A stretch of DNA of 26,640 nucleotides from Polyangiales bacterium (GCA_045106895.1 JBGCFM010000156.1:1-26640), one strand, 5' to 3'; positions 18,761 through 26,640 are shown, counted from the first letter of the stretch. The notes: a model not told the origin generated them from the sequence alone. A program made the numbers and translations.

Positions 18761-20136
18761 GCATCTACGGCATCCTGAACACGGGCCGAACCGGGATGAC
18801 GGCGCACTCTTACGCCACCGGCGTGACCGCGCAGAATGCCGAGAACGCGACGACCGCAGGCTATTCGAGGCGACTCGCTCGCCTCGAGAACGTCGCGCCT
18901 CCTGAAGGCGGCGTTCGCGCCCGCGGGGCTCGGCGTGTCGTCGATCCCTTCATCAACAAACGCCTCCTCGGCGCGGGATCCGGCGCAGGCTACGGGGAAG
19001 CGAAAGCGTCTGCCCTGGGTGTACTCGACCACGTCTTCGCCGATGGCCCTGGAGACCTTGGTGAACGCATCGGTGCTTTTGAGGCCGGACTGGTCGAGCT
19101 CAGCACGCACCCAAGCGAAGGCGGCACCCGCGCCTCTGTGCTCGCCCGCGCGGAAGCGCTCGCGGATGCGTTCAACGGCGCTGCAGCGGAGCTCAGGGGC
19201 GCGAGGTCCGAGATCAACGACCGAATCGTCGGTGAAGTCGACGCCATCAACGCGTCCGCATCGCGCATCGCCGACCTCGGATCCCAAATCACGCGCGCCG
19301 AGATCGGCGGCCAAGAAGCATCCGACCTGCGAGACCTTCGAGACCAAGAGCTGCGTTCCCTCGCGGAGCGTGCTCCCATCACCGTCATCGAAGGAGAGCA
19401 TGGCTCGATGAACGTCCTCCTCGCGGGCAGCGTGAGTCTCGTCGACGAGGACCACCGCGCCCACGCGTTGCGTGCGCCCATCGACCCGGGCACAGGTGAT
19501 ATCGCCATCACGCGCCAAGAGGTCGGCGTCGACCGCGACGTCAGCGCGCTCTTCACGTCCGGAAGCGTCGGCGGAATGCTCGACGCACGAGACGGCGCGC
19601 TTAGCGACGCGCAGAGCGCCCTCGACGAACTCGCCTTCGACTTTGCCGGCGCCTACAACACGGCCCACCAAGCCGGAGTCGGCCTGGACGGGGTTGGCGG
19701 TCGCGACCTCTTCGACGCCGGGGTTGTCGATGGAGCGGCGGCGCGCTTCAGTGTCTCCGCCGACGTCGATGGACAGCCGGACAATATCGCCGCGGCCACC
19801 GACCCACTCGCTGTCGATGGTGACAACCGTGGCGCCTTGGCCCTCGTCGACCTCGCCAGCAACGCGTTTGCTCGTGGAGGCACAGAGACCGCCGTCGGCG
19901 GATACGCGCGAATCGTCGCCGATGCCGGGGCCGGCGTCCGCGCGGCGCTCGACGGGGCGGACACAGCTGCGGCGGCACTCTCACAAGTCAGCGCGTTACG
20001 CGAGGGCATCAGCGGCGTGTCCACAGATGACGAGATGGTGACGTTGATGGAGCTCCAGCGCGGCTACCAAGCGACCCTCAAAGTGATTCAAACGGCGGAT
20101 GAGATGCTCGAGAGCCTCATCAACCTGAAGAGGTAG
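18757..20136 (+). CDS. flgK: Flagellar hook-associated protein 1
   Basis: QNAENATTAGYSRR, DLRDLRDQ, GSVGGML, ISGVSTDDEMVTLMELQRGYQATLKVIQTADEML. Confidence 0.95.
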   Translation: MSIYGILNTGRTGMTAHSYATGVTAQNAENATTAGYSRRLARLENVAPPEGGVRARGARRVVDPFINKRLLGAGSGAGYGEAKASALGVLDHVFADGPGDLGERIGAFEAGLVELSTHPSEGGTRASVLARAEALADAFNGAAAELRGARSEINDRIVGEVDAINASASRIADLGSQITRAEIGGQEASDLRDLRDQELRSLAERAPITVIEGEHGSMNVLLAGSVSLVDEDHRAHALRAPIDPGTGDIAITRQEVGVDRDVSALFTSGSVGGMLDARDGALSDAQSALDELAFDFAGAYNTAHQAGVGLDGVGGRDLFDAGVVDGAAARFSVSADVDGQPDNIAAATDPLAVDGDNRGALALVDLASNAFARGGTETAVGGYARIVADAGAGVRAALDGADTAAAALSQVSALREGISGVSTDDEMVTLMELQRGYQATLKVIQTADEMLESLINLKR

Positions 20137-20138
20137 TC

Positions 20139-21014
20139 ATGCGCATTAGTGACCGATCTTTCTACAATCAAAACCGCAGCTCCCTCGCCAAGAGCCGAGG
20201 CGACCTCGCTGCGGCGCAGAGCAAAGCGACGTCCGGAAAGCGCGTGGAGAAACCCAGCGACGACCCACTCGCGGCAAGCCTGGCCACGAAACATCGGGCG
20301 CGCGAGCAGCATCTGCGCGCCAACCTCAAAGCCATCGACGCCGGGAAAGCGAAGGTCGACACCCAGGACACCGTCCTCGGCGACGCCGCGGACCGTTTGC
20401 GACGTGCCCAAGAGCTCGCGATTCAAGGGGCGAATGACCCCATGGACCCGGACGACCGACGGGCCATCGCCATTGAGATTTCTTCCATTCGCGAGACGAT
20501 CATTGGCCTGGCGAACACGCAAGATCCCGACGGCTACGTCTTCGCGGGCTACCGCTCCGATGCGCCCGCTTTTGATGCCGCGGGAGTTTATCAGGGAGAC
20601 GCCAACGTCCCGAGCTTCGACACCGGAAACGGCACCCGCGTCGAGGCGGGTGTCACCGGACTCACGGCCTTCGATGCCGGCGGCCCCAACGACGTATTTG
20701 CCGTTCTGAGCGATCTGGAGACCGCCTTAAACGCGGACGACGGACCGGGAATCGCTGCAACCATCGACCGCCTCAACCAGGCGCACGAAACGGTAGTCTA
20801 CGCGCGAGCAGATGTGGGCGGTGGACAGGCGGCCCTCGACGCTGCCAAAACGATCGCTGAGCGGATGCGCGATGACGCCATCGAAGCCCAGACTTCCCTC
20901 GTCGCCATCGACGAAACCGAAGCCTACGTAGACCTGCAGCAAACCCGCAACGCCTACGAGGCAGCCGTTCGAATCGCGTCGCAGATTCCGCCGCAAGGAC
21001 TCGTCTCACGATGA
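20139..21014 (+). CDS. flgL: Flagellar hook-associated protein 3
   Basis: MRIS..., SGKRVEKPSDDP, LANT..DGYVFAG, YQGD, AYEAA C-terminus; directly after flgK. Confidence 0.92.
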   Translation: MRISDRSFYNQNRSSLAKSRGDLAAAQSKATSGKRVEKPSDDPLAASLATKHRAREQHLRANLKAIDAGKAKVDTQDTVLGDAADRLRRAQELAIQGANDPMDPDDRRAIAIEISSIRETIIGLANTQDPDGYVFAGYRSDAPAFDAAGVYQGDANVPSFDTGNGTRVEAGVTGLTAFDAGGPNDVFAVLSDLETALNADDGPGIAATIDRLNQAHETVVYARADVGGGQAALDAAKTIAERMRDDAIEAQTSLVAIDETEAYVDLQQTRNAYEAAVRIASQIPPQGLVSR

Positions 21015-21083
21015 ATCGTCTGAACGTTGTTGGCGGTGATGGTTCAGGCCGCGAAGAGATGTCCGTATGACGGAGGAGACCCT

Positions 21084-21704
21084 ATGTTGACCCTAACGCG
21101 CAGACCCGGAGAGCGAATCGTCATTGGAGATGGCATCGAGATCGAGGTCCTCGCCGTAAGCGGAGGTCGGACACGTCTAGGTATCCGAGCTCCCCGCGAA
21201 ACCAGTGTCGTACGTGGCGAGCTCGTCGACCGCGTGCTCGGGCAGAACTTGGAAGCGTCCACCGAAGCGCAGGGACCGGAGACCTGGCGTCCGCCCAATG
21301 ACATGCCCATCGTGACCTTGGAGTCCGGCCTCTACGGAATGCCCGACCTCAAACGCTGGGTAGTCTGCGAGCTCGCCGAGGCCGTAGAAGGGGCCCGTAT
21401 TCCGCTTCGGCTCTTCATCGCCGCGGACCGCCCCTCGATACGACTGCTGGTGGCGGATGTCGTCGTGATTCGCCCCGACTTCCCCATCGCTCAGGCTTGT
21501 CTCATGGCCGGCGTGCCCGCAGAGAGCGCGGTGCTCGCAGGCGTGGTCACTGCGCCGACGGACGGCGAGTGCTCCATCAACCTGGCGGCGCCCATCGTCA
21601 TCGACCTCGCCCAGCGTCGCGGACGTCAGGTGATCCTCTCAGACGCACGTTTGCCAGTGGACGCGCCGCTCCACGCCGCGCCACCGATGGCGGCCAACTC
21701 ATGA
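21084..21704 (+). CDS. csrA: CsrA-FliW fusion protein
   Basis: SD GGAGGAG; residues 1-~58 are CsrA (MLTLTRRPGERIVIGDGIEIEVL...RLGIRAPRETSVVRGEL); the remainder is FliW-like (IVTLESGLYG, INLAAPIVID, GRQVIL), in the same frame with no stop. Confidence 0.88.
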   Translation: MLTLTRRPGERIVIGDGIEIEVLAVSGGRTRLGIRAPRETSVVRGELVDRVLGQNLEASTEAQGPETWRPPNDMPIVTLESGLYGMPDLKRWVVCELAEAVEGARIPLRLFIAADRPSIRLLVADVVVIRPDFPIAQACLMAGVPAESAVLAGVVTAPTDGECSINLAAPIVIDLAQRRGRQVILSDARLPVDAPLHAAPPMAANS

Positions 21705-22825
21705 TGGAGTCGAGCGCGGTGCTGGGGTTTGCGACGAGTTCCACGGAAGCCGTGGACATGGCGATCCGAATCCTAAAAGGCGCCGTCGCCGCCGGAGCGA
21801 GCGACGTTCACCTTCGGGCGGGAGCTCCCCCGCACGTGAGAATCGACGGCGAACTCTGTCCTCTTGAGCACCCCGATCTCGAAGCCGACCTCGTCGAATC
21901 GGTCTATCGGAACTTCTCGGCTTGGGCCAACGTTGGCCAAAGCCGGGTTGCCCAGCTTCAGCTCGAGTTCGGCTGCACCGTTCCGAACGTCGGGCGCTTC
22001 CGCGTGCACGCCTACAAGCAACAAGGAACCCGGGCGATGGTCATCCGCCATATCCCGCTGCCTGTTCCCGACTTCGCGACGCTACGCTTGCCTCCTGTCG
22101 TCAAGCCCATCACCCAGGAGCGGCGCGGTCTCGTCCTTGTCACCGGCGCGACGGGCAACGGGAAGTCGACGACCATCGCGGCGATGCTCGAGTACATGAA
22201 CCACCAGTCATGTCGTCACGTGGTCACCATCGAGGACCCCATCGAGTTCGTCTTTACCGAAGGCAAGAGCAGCTTCTCGCAGCGAGAGATCGGTGTCGAT
22301 GTGCCGACGGCCCGCGATGGGCTTCGCGGCGCTCTTCGCGAAGACCCCGACGTCATCTTCGTCGGAGAGATTCGCACGCACGAAGAGTTCGACGTCGCCC
22401 TCAACGCGGCAGAAGCGGGACACCTAGTGGTTTCCACTCTGCACTCCACGGACTGCATGGGCGCGATCTCGCGTATGCTGGGCTTCTACCCGCCGGAAAT
22501 GGAGAGTCATATCCGTGGCCGGCTCGCAGAGGCCCTCACTGCGGTCATTTGCCAGAAGCTTCTCCCGTCCCGCGGTGGCCGAGAACGGGTCCTCGTCACC
22601 GAGGTGATGCGGCGCGGCGCCACCATCGTCGACTGCATTCGCGACGCCACACGATTCCGCGGCTTGCCGGCGGCCCTCGACTCGGCGTTTCACGAACTAG
22701 GCACTCACAGCTTCGACTCGATGCTGCTCAAGATGGTCAAAGCCGGGGTGATCTCCATCGAGACTGCACGCGCGGCCGCTCGCTCCGAGAAGGACCTCAT
22801 ACGGCAGGTGAAGCTCGGCCGCTGA
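21701..22825 (+). CDS. pilT: PilT/PilU family type IV pilus retraction-type ATPase
   Basis: ASDVHL, GRFRV, Walker A GATGNGKSTT, TIEDPIE, QREIG, LREDPDVIFVGEIR, AEAGHLVVSTLH; ATG 21701 overlaps the csrA-fliW stop (alt. start 21758). Confidence 0.9.
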   Translation: MMESSAVLGFATSSTEAVDMAIRILKGAVAAGASDVHLRAGAPPHVRIDGELCPLEHPDLEADLVESVYRNFSAWANVGQSRVAQLQLEFGCTVPNVGRFRVHAYKQQGTRAMVIRHIPLPVPDFATLRLPPVVKPITQERRGLVLVTGATGNGKSTTIAAMLEYMNHQSCRHVVTIEDPIEFVFTEGKSSFSQREIGVDVPTARDGLRGALREDPDVIFVGEIRTHEEFDVALNAAEAGHLVVSTLHSTDCMGAISRMLGFYPPEMESHIRGRLAEALTAVICQKLLPSRGGRERVLVTEVMRRGATIVDCIRDATRFRGLPAALDSAFHELGTHSFDSMLLKMVKAGVISIETARAAARSEKDLIRQVKLGR

Positions 22826-22869
22826 CTAGGCTGGTTCTCAAGGGAGCACTCACGGGAGTCGAATGCGTG

Positions 22870-22885
22870 TATAGTTTGCGCGTAT
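22870..22885 (+). promoter_or_regulatory. -10 element overlapped by a LysR-type box
   Basis: TATAGT (22870-22875) overlapping ATA-N9-TAT (22871-22885, contains T-N11-A) just upstream of a LysR gene. Confidence 0.5.
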
Positions 22886-22912
22886 GGAAACCCAGCGACC
22901 GAAAGTGTCGAC

Positions 22913-23842
22913 GTGAGCGACGCCCCTACCCTCGAGTCACCCCTTCTCTACTTCCTGGCGGTGGTGGAGAACGGCAGTTTTAGCTCAGCTGCACGCGCCA
23001 TTGGCATCAGTCAGCCTTCGCTTTCCGTCGCCGTTCGCCGCCTCGAAGAGCGCTTAGGGACACAGCTCTTGCACCGGGAGTCGCGTGGGGCGAGTCCAAC
23101 CCGCGCCGGCCAGGTGCTCGCGCTGCGCGTCCAAGAGAGCATCGCTCTACTCGGACGCGCCAAAGACGAGATCGACGCCCTCGATGGCGAGCCTCGGGGG
23201 CACTACAACATCGGCGTTCATGAGAGCCTCGGCGCGTACTTCTTGCCGGGCTTCATGGGAGAGTTCGTCATGCGCCATCCGCGGGTGGAGCTGGGACTCT
23301 TCAACGCGCCCTCGCGCGACGTCGAAACGGCGATCCTCGAACGGCGCGTGGACCTTGGGCTCGTCGTCAACCCGGTACGCCACCCGGACTCCGTGGTGAG
23401 CGGCCTCTTCGACGATGTCGTCGTTCTCGTCGTCGCCTCGAAGCTACGCAAGCAGTGGAAGACGACGAAGGAGCTCCTCGCTGAGACACCCCTGCTTCAT
23501 GTGCCTTCCATCGTGCAGACCCAGGCGGTGCTTCAGGGGCTCGGACGCGACGGCTATGTCGTCCCAAGACGTGTGGCGTGCAGCAGCATGGCCCTCGTCA
23601 AAAACCTCGTCCTCGGCGCAACCGGCGTGGGCATTCTCCCCTGGCGCGTCGCGACGCACGGAGTCCCCGCCAAACGCATCGAGCTCGTCGACCCCAAGCT
23701 GCCCTCCTACCGCGACCACATTGCGCTGGTGCGCCGCGCGGACGCGCCGATGACGCGCACGCTGCGGCTGCTCCTCGACGGGCTCAAGGCCCATGGGAAG
23801 ACCGTGGCTGCGCTGCCGAAGCTGTCTAAATCGATGTCCTAG
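22913..23842 (+). CDS. LysR family transcriptional regulator
   Basis: YFLAVVENGSFSSAARAIGISQPSLSVAVRRLEERLG HTH; VDLGLV; 309 aa. Confidence 0.95.
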   Translation: MSDAPTLESPLLYFLAVVENGSFSSAARAIGISQPSLSVAVRRLEERLGTQLLHRESRGASPTRAGQVLALRVQESIALLGRAKDEIDALDGEPRGHYNIGVHESLGAYFLPGFMGEFVMRHPRVELGLFNAPSRDVETAILERRVDLGLVVNPVRHPDSVVSGLFDDVVVLVVASKLRKQWKTTKELLAETPLLHVPSIVQTQAVLQGLGRDGYVVPRRVACSSMALVKNLVLGATGVGILPWRVATHGVPAKRIELVDPKLPSYRDHIALVRRADAPMTRTLRLLLDGLKAHGKTVAALPKLSKSMS

Positions 23843-23865
23843 GTCGCTCTTGCAGAGCCCGGGCG

Positions 23866-24231
23866 TCAGAGTGGAGCGACGGCATTCGTTGACCCCATGC
23901 TGACGCTGCTGCCCAAATCGCTGCCGTCATCAACTTCTTCCTCCGGCGCTTCGACACTCGGGTCCGGCGCTTCAACTCCTGGGTCCGGCGCTTCAACTCC
24001 CGGGTCCGGCGCTTCGACACCTGGTTCGATCATCTCGTTCGAGGTCGGCTCCTCGACCTCCGCAGGTGGCATTCCTGGCGCCACCACCCCGGGCTCGATG
24101 ACGACCGGCGGCGCGGTCTCGTTGCCCGTCGGCTCGTCACCAGCGAAGTCGCACCCCTGAACGGCGGGCCCGATGAGAAGCGCGCTGGTAATGATGAAAC
24201 GCATGGGCTTGTGGCGCGGCTTCTTGGTCAT
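23866..24231 (-). CDS. Small acidic, proline-rich putative lipoprotein
   Basis: Basic N-terminus, hydrophobic FIITSALLIG, lipobox-like VQGC, then a disordered E/P-rich body with PGVEAPD repeats. Confidence 0.65.
   Translation of the reverse strand: MTKKPRHKPMRFIITSALLIGPAVQGCDFAGDEPTGNETAPPVVIEPGVVAPGMPPAEVEEPTSNEMIEPGVEAPDPGVEAPDPGVEAPDPSVEAPEEEVDDGSDLGSSVSMGSTNAVAPL
23942..24025. repeat. 21-bp tandem repeat, 4 copies (PGVEAPD on the - strand)
   Basis: tccggcgcttcgacactcggg / tccggcgcttcaactcctggg / tccggcgcttcaactcccggg / tccggcgcttcgacacctggt. Confidence 0.92.
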
Positions 24232-24286
24232 TGCGCGAGTGTAACGCGCGCCCACGTTCAACGGAATATGTCGCGCGCAAACGGTC

Positions 24287-26245
24287 TCAGCCGTCTTCCC
24301 AGACGCTTCGATAAGCTCCGCTCTCCATCGCCGCGTCGATGAACGCGCGATAGTAAGGGTGCTCGCCAAGCGTCGCGCTGTCGCCGACGACGATGAGGAG
24401 GCGCTTGGCGCGAGTGAGGGCTACGTTCATGCGGCGGGTGTCCGCGAGGAAGCCGATGTTCGCGTCGTTATTCGAGCGAACCAGGTCGACGACGATGACC
24501 TCGCGCTCCTGTCCCTGAAAGCCGTCGACGCTGCCCACGTCGACGTCTTCGGCGCCGTCCCCCGCCGCCCGAAGCAGGTCGCGCAGTCGCTGCACCTGCG
24601 CCGAGTAGGGAGAGATGAGGGCGACATTCTCCGGAGTGATGCCGCGGCCAAGTAGGCGCGTGATCTCGCCGGCGACGAACTCCGCAGCCTGTACGTTTTC
24701 GATGGAGCGCTTCGCCGCGAGCTGAACGCCGGAGTCTCCGCCGCTCTCTTCCCAACCTTTGCCCGCGGTGTCGATGAAGAGCACCGGCCCCTGGCGCTCG
24801 GCGTCCGGCGAGGCAAGCTCATCGATACTGCACGACGCAACGGCGGGGGCCGCAATGAGCCGACCTTCGTACATAGACGCGCTCGGGAACGCCATGATGG
24901 CGTCGTTCATTCGGTGCTGCACCACCAAGAGCTTGCGTGCATCTGGCGCGCGCGCAGCAAGACGCTCGAAGAAAGTCTCGCCGAGCCCTTCGCGGGCGGC
25001 GCTGAGATCGATGACCGTCGGCGCGAGCTGCTGGGGGTCGCCGGCAAGGACCGCGCGGGGCGCGCGGGACAGCGCCACAAGCGCGATGGGGTCCGGCGCC
25101 TGCGTCGCCTCGTCGAGGATGACGACGTCGAACTCTTCGTCGCTGAGGATGCGCGCGTCTGCGCCAGCCGCCGTCGAGAGAACGACGCGTGCTGCGGCGA
25201 CGATGCGCTCTTTGGCGCCCTCAAGCTGCGCCCGGGCGTCGCGACGAAGGGCGCGCGCGTCCGCATAGAGCGTGCGCTTGTCCGCGACGGCGATCCGCCC
25301 TCTTCCGGCGCGTTGGTGAAGCGTGTGATGAAGCGCAGCGGCGTCGCGACTCCACGCGCGGGCGAGCTTCCATTCGCTGGTGGCCTCAAGCTTTGCGTCG
25401 AGGGTGTCCGCTTGAAGCTCCTGACTGACGCGCGCCGGATGTCCGAGGCGCAGGACTTCCGTGCCGTGCTCTTGAAGGCACGCCCCGAGGTGGTCCACGG
25501 CGGCGTTGGAGGCCGCGCTCACGAGCACGCGCTTTCCGCGAAGGGCGAGCTGGCGGACTATTTCGACGAGAGTCCGCGTTTTGCCAGTACCCGGCGGGCC
25601 ATGGATGAGCGCGATGGGCGCATCACCAAGGGCGTACTCCACGGCCTGCCGCTGCGCTTCGTTGAGCGCGTCGTCGAGGGGCTCCACCGTCATCGGGCTT
25701 CCGGCTAGAGGTACGTCGCCGAAGAGGATGCGGGCACGTCGAGCGGCCGCCTCTTCTTGTTCCGAAGCGCCCCGCTTGCCGGCCTTGGAGAGCGCGGCTC
25801 GGAGCTGTCGAATGGCGGAGTCGCCGCGGTCAAAGGTAACCTCCGGAGCGTCAGCGTCGATGGCGAAGGGCTCCCCTTCCAAGACCTCCGCCGCGTCTCC
25901 GTCCACGACCACTCCAACGCGAAGGCGCCCGCGCCGCGAGACCGTTGCGCGCGCCTCGCCGTGCTCGTTGTGAAGTCGCACGGGCTGACCGGGCCGAAAC
26001 GTGCGCTCCGAACTCTCAGGGATGGCCAGCCACAACAGCGAGCGCCCCCCCGTTGTGGCGTTCTCTTCTTCGATGCGCGCCTTACGAATGGCGATACCAA
26101 GAAGCGCGCGCTCGCGAAGCGTGGTCCCTTCGCGGAGCTCGACGAAACGTTCCCGCGTCGCCTCGCGTTCGCGGCGCCACAGGTCGGCTAAACGGTCGAG
26201 GGCTTCGTTCTCTGCTTCCACGTGTGCATTCCTAATGCGGGACAC
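24287..26245 (-). CDS. Superfamily 1B helicase, IGHMBP2/Upf1/DNA2-NAM7-like
   Basis: LNEAQ, HGPPGTGKT, SNAAVD, LRLGHPAR, DEATQA, LAGDPQQL, QHRM, ISPYSAQ, VDGFQGQE, RRMNVALTRAK. Confidence 0.95.
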   Translation of the reverse strand: MSRIRNAHVEAENEALDRLADLWRREREATRERFVELREGTTLRERALLGIAIRKARIEEENATTGGRSLLWLAIPESSERTFRPGQPVRLHNEHGEARATVSRRGRLRVGVVVDGDAAEVLEGEPFAIDADAPEVTFDRGDSAIRQLRAALSKAGKRGASEQEEAAARRARILFGDVPLAGSPMTVEPLDDALNEAQRQAVEYALGDAPIALIHGPPGTGKTRTLVEIVRQLALRGKRVLVSAASNAAVDHLGACLQEHGTEVLRLGHPARVSQELQADTLDAKLEATSEWKLARAWSRDAAALHHTLHQRAGRGRIAVADKRTLYADARALRRDARAQLEGAKERIVAAARVVLSTAAGADARILSDEEFDVVILDEATQAPDPIALVALSRAPRAVLAGDPQQLAPTVIDLSAAREGLGETFFERLAARAPDARKLLVVQHRMNDAIMAFPSASMYEGRLIAAPAVASCSIDELASPDAERQGPVLFIDTAGKGWEESGGDSGVQLAAKRSIENVQAAEFVAGEITRLLGRGITPENVALISPYSAQVQRLRDLLRAAGDGAEDVDVGSVDGFQGQEREVIVVDLVRSNNDANIGFLADTRRMNVALTRAKRLLIVVGDSATLGEHPYYRAFIDAAMESGAYRSVWEDG

Positions 26246-26409
26246 CGGAGAACGAAAGGATGATAGGTGTGACGCGCGGTGAGATGCGTTCTTGTCTCGG
26301 CAGTGTCGGCGACCGCCGGCGGCGATTGGCGTTGGGTGGTAGGTGCGCGCCGGTGGCGCAGGGGTTTCTGCATCAAGTCCTGAGGCGCACTTCCTGCGGT
26401 GCAGAATGC

Positions 26410-26640
26410 ATGGCCAAGCAGCAGAAGCACCAAGCGAAGAACGGCAGCAAAGCGAAACGGCGCAGCAAGAATCGTCAGATCATCCTGCCGGGACAGACCG
26501 TGTTCGCGAGCGTGCGCACCATGCATCGCTTCTATCTGCTGAGGCCGGACCACGAGACCAACGAAGCCATTCTGTACTTGCTGGGGCACTACGCACAGTT
26601 ATGGGGCATGGAGGTGCTCGCCTTCTCGTTCATGTCGAAT
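26410..26640 (+). mobile_element. 5' part of a Y1 HUH transposase (IS200-like / REP-associated RAYT-like), truncated by the window edge
   Basis: Manual translation: MAKQQKHQAKNGSKAKRRSKNRQIILPGQTVFASVRTMHRFYLLRPDHETNEAILYLLGHYAQLWGMEVLAFSFMSN; ends immediately before the expected H-x-H of the MxNHxH motif. Confidence 0.75.

Noticed and set aside
20139..21014. Flagellin (fliC) call
   Set aside because: Position after flgK and the PSDDP, YVFAG, YQGD and AYEAA features fit FlgL; flagellin-specific AADDAAG and C-terminal AQAN motifs are absent.
21497..21700. Long N-terminal extension of the PilT ORF overlapping FliW
   Set aside because: R/G-rich alternative frame of the FliW-coding DNA; ATG 21701 with ATGA coupling is more plausible.
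23942..24025. CRISPR array
   Set aside because: Contiguous 21-bp units with no spacers, in-frame coding, no cas genes. The same applies to the repeat at 9434-9493.
26188..26589. 133-aa minus-strand ORF
   Set aside because: Antisense to the transposase 5' end and overlapping the helicase start in another frame.

Overview
GC-rich (about two-thirds by eye), gene-dense bacterial chromosomal segment. Gene style (acidic low-complexity lipoproteins, csrA-before-fliW order, RAYT-like Y1 transposase type) suggests a Myxococcota/deltaproteobacteria-like organism, which is an inference only. Left to right: a truncated 7TM-DISM-like membrane sensor (-, missing from the ORF track), fhs, a PL1 pectate-lyase-like lipoprotein, GST, SRPBCC, LysR, a DUF4403-like lipoprotein, an RND efflux pair without an outer-membrane factor, an unknown membrane protein, a TetR divergent from an AmpG/RhtX-type MFS + MBL hydrolase + neutral-sphingomyelinase-like EEP cluster, then a sigma28-type flagellar late module (flgM-flgN-flgK-flgL) followed by a single-ORF CsrA-FliW fusion that overlaps a PilT-family ATPase, a second LysR, a repeat lipoprotein, an IGHMBP2/Upf1-like helicase and the 5' end of a Y1 (HUH) transposase (missing from the ORF track). 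The most notable signal is the CsrA-FliW fusion (an RNA-binding repressor joined to its own antagonist) coupled to a pilus-retraction-type ATPase at the end of a flagellar operon. All calls come from motif recognition by eye; no database searches were run.
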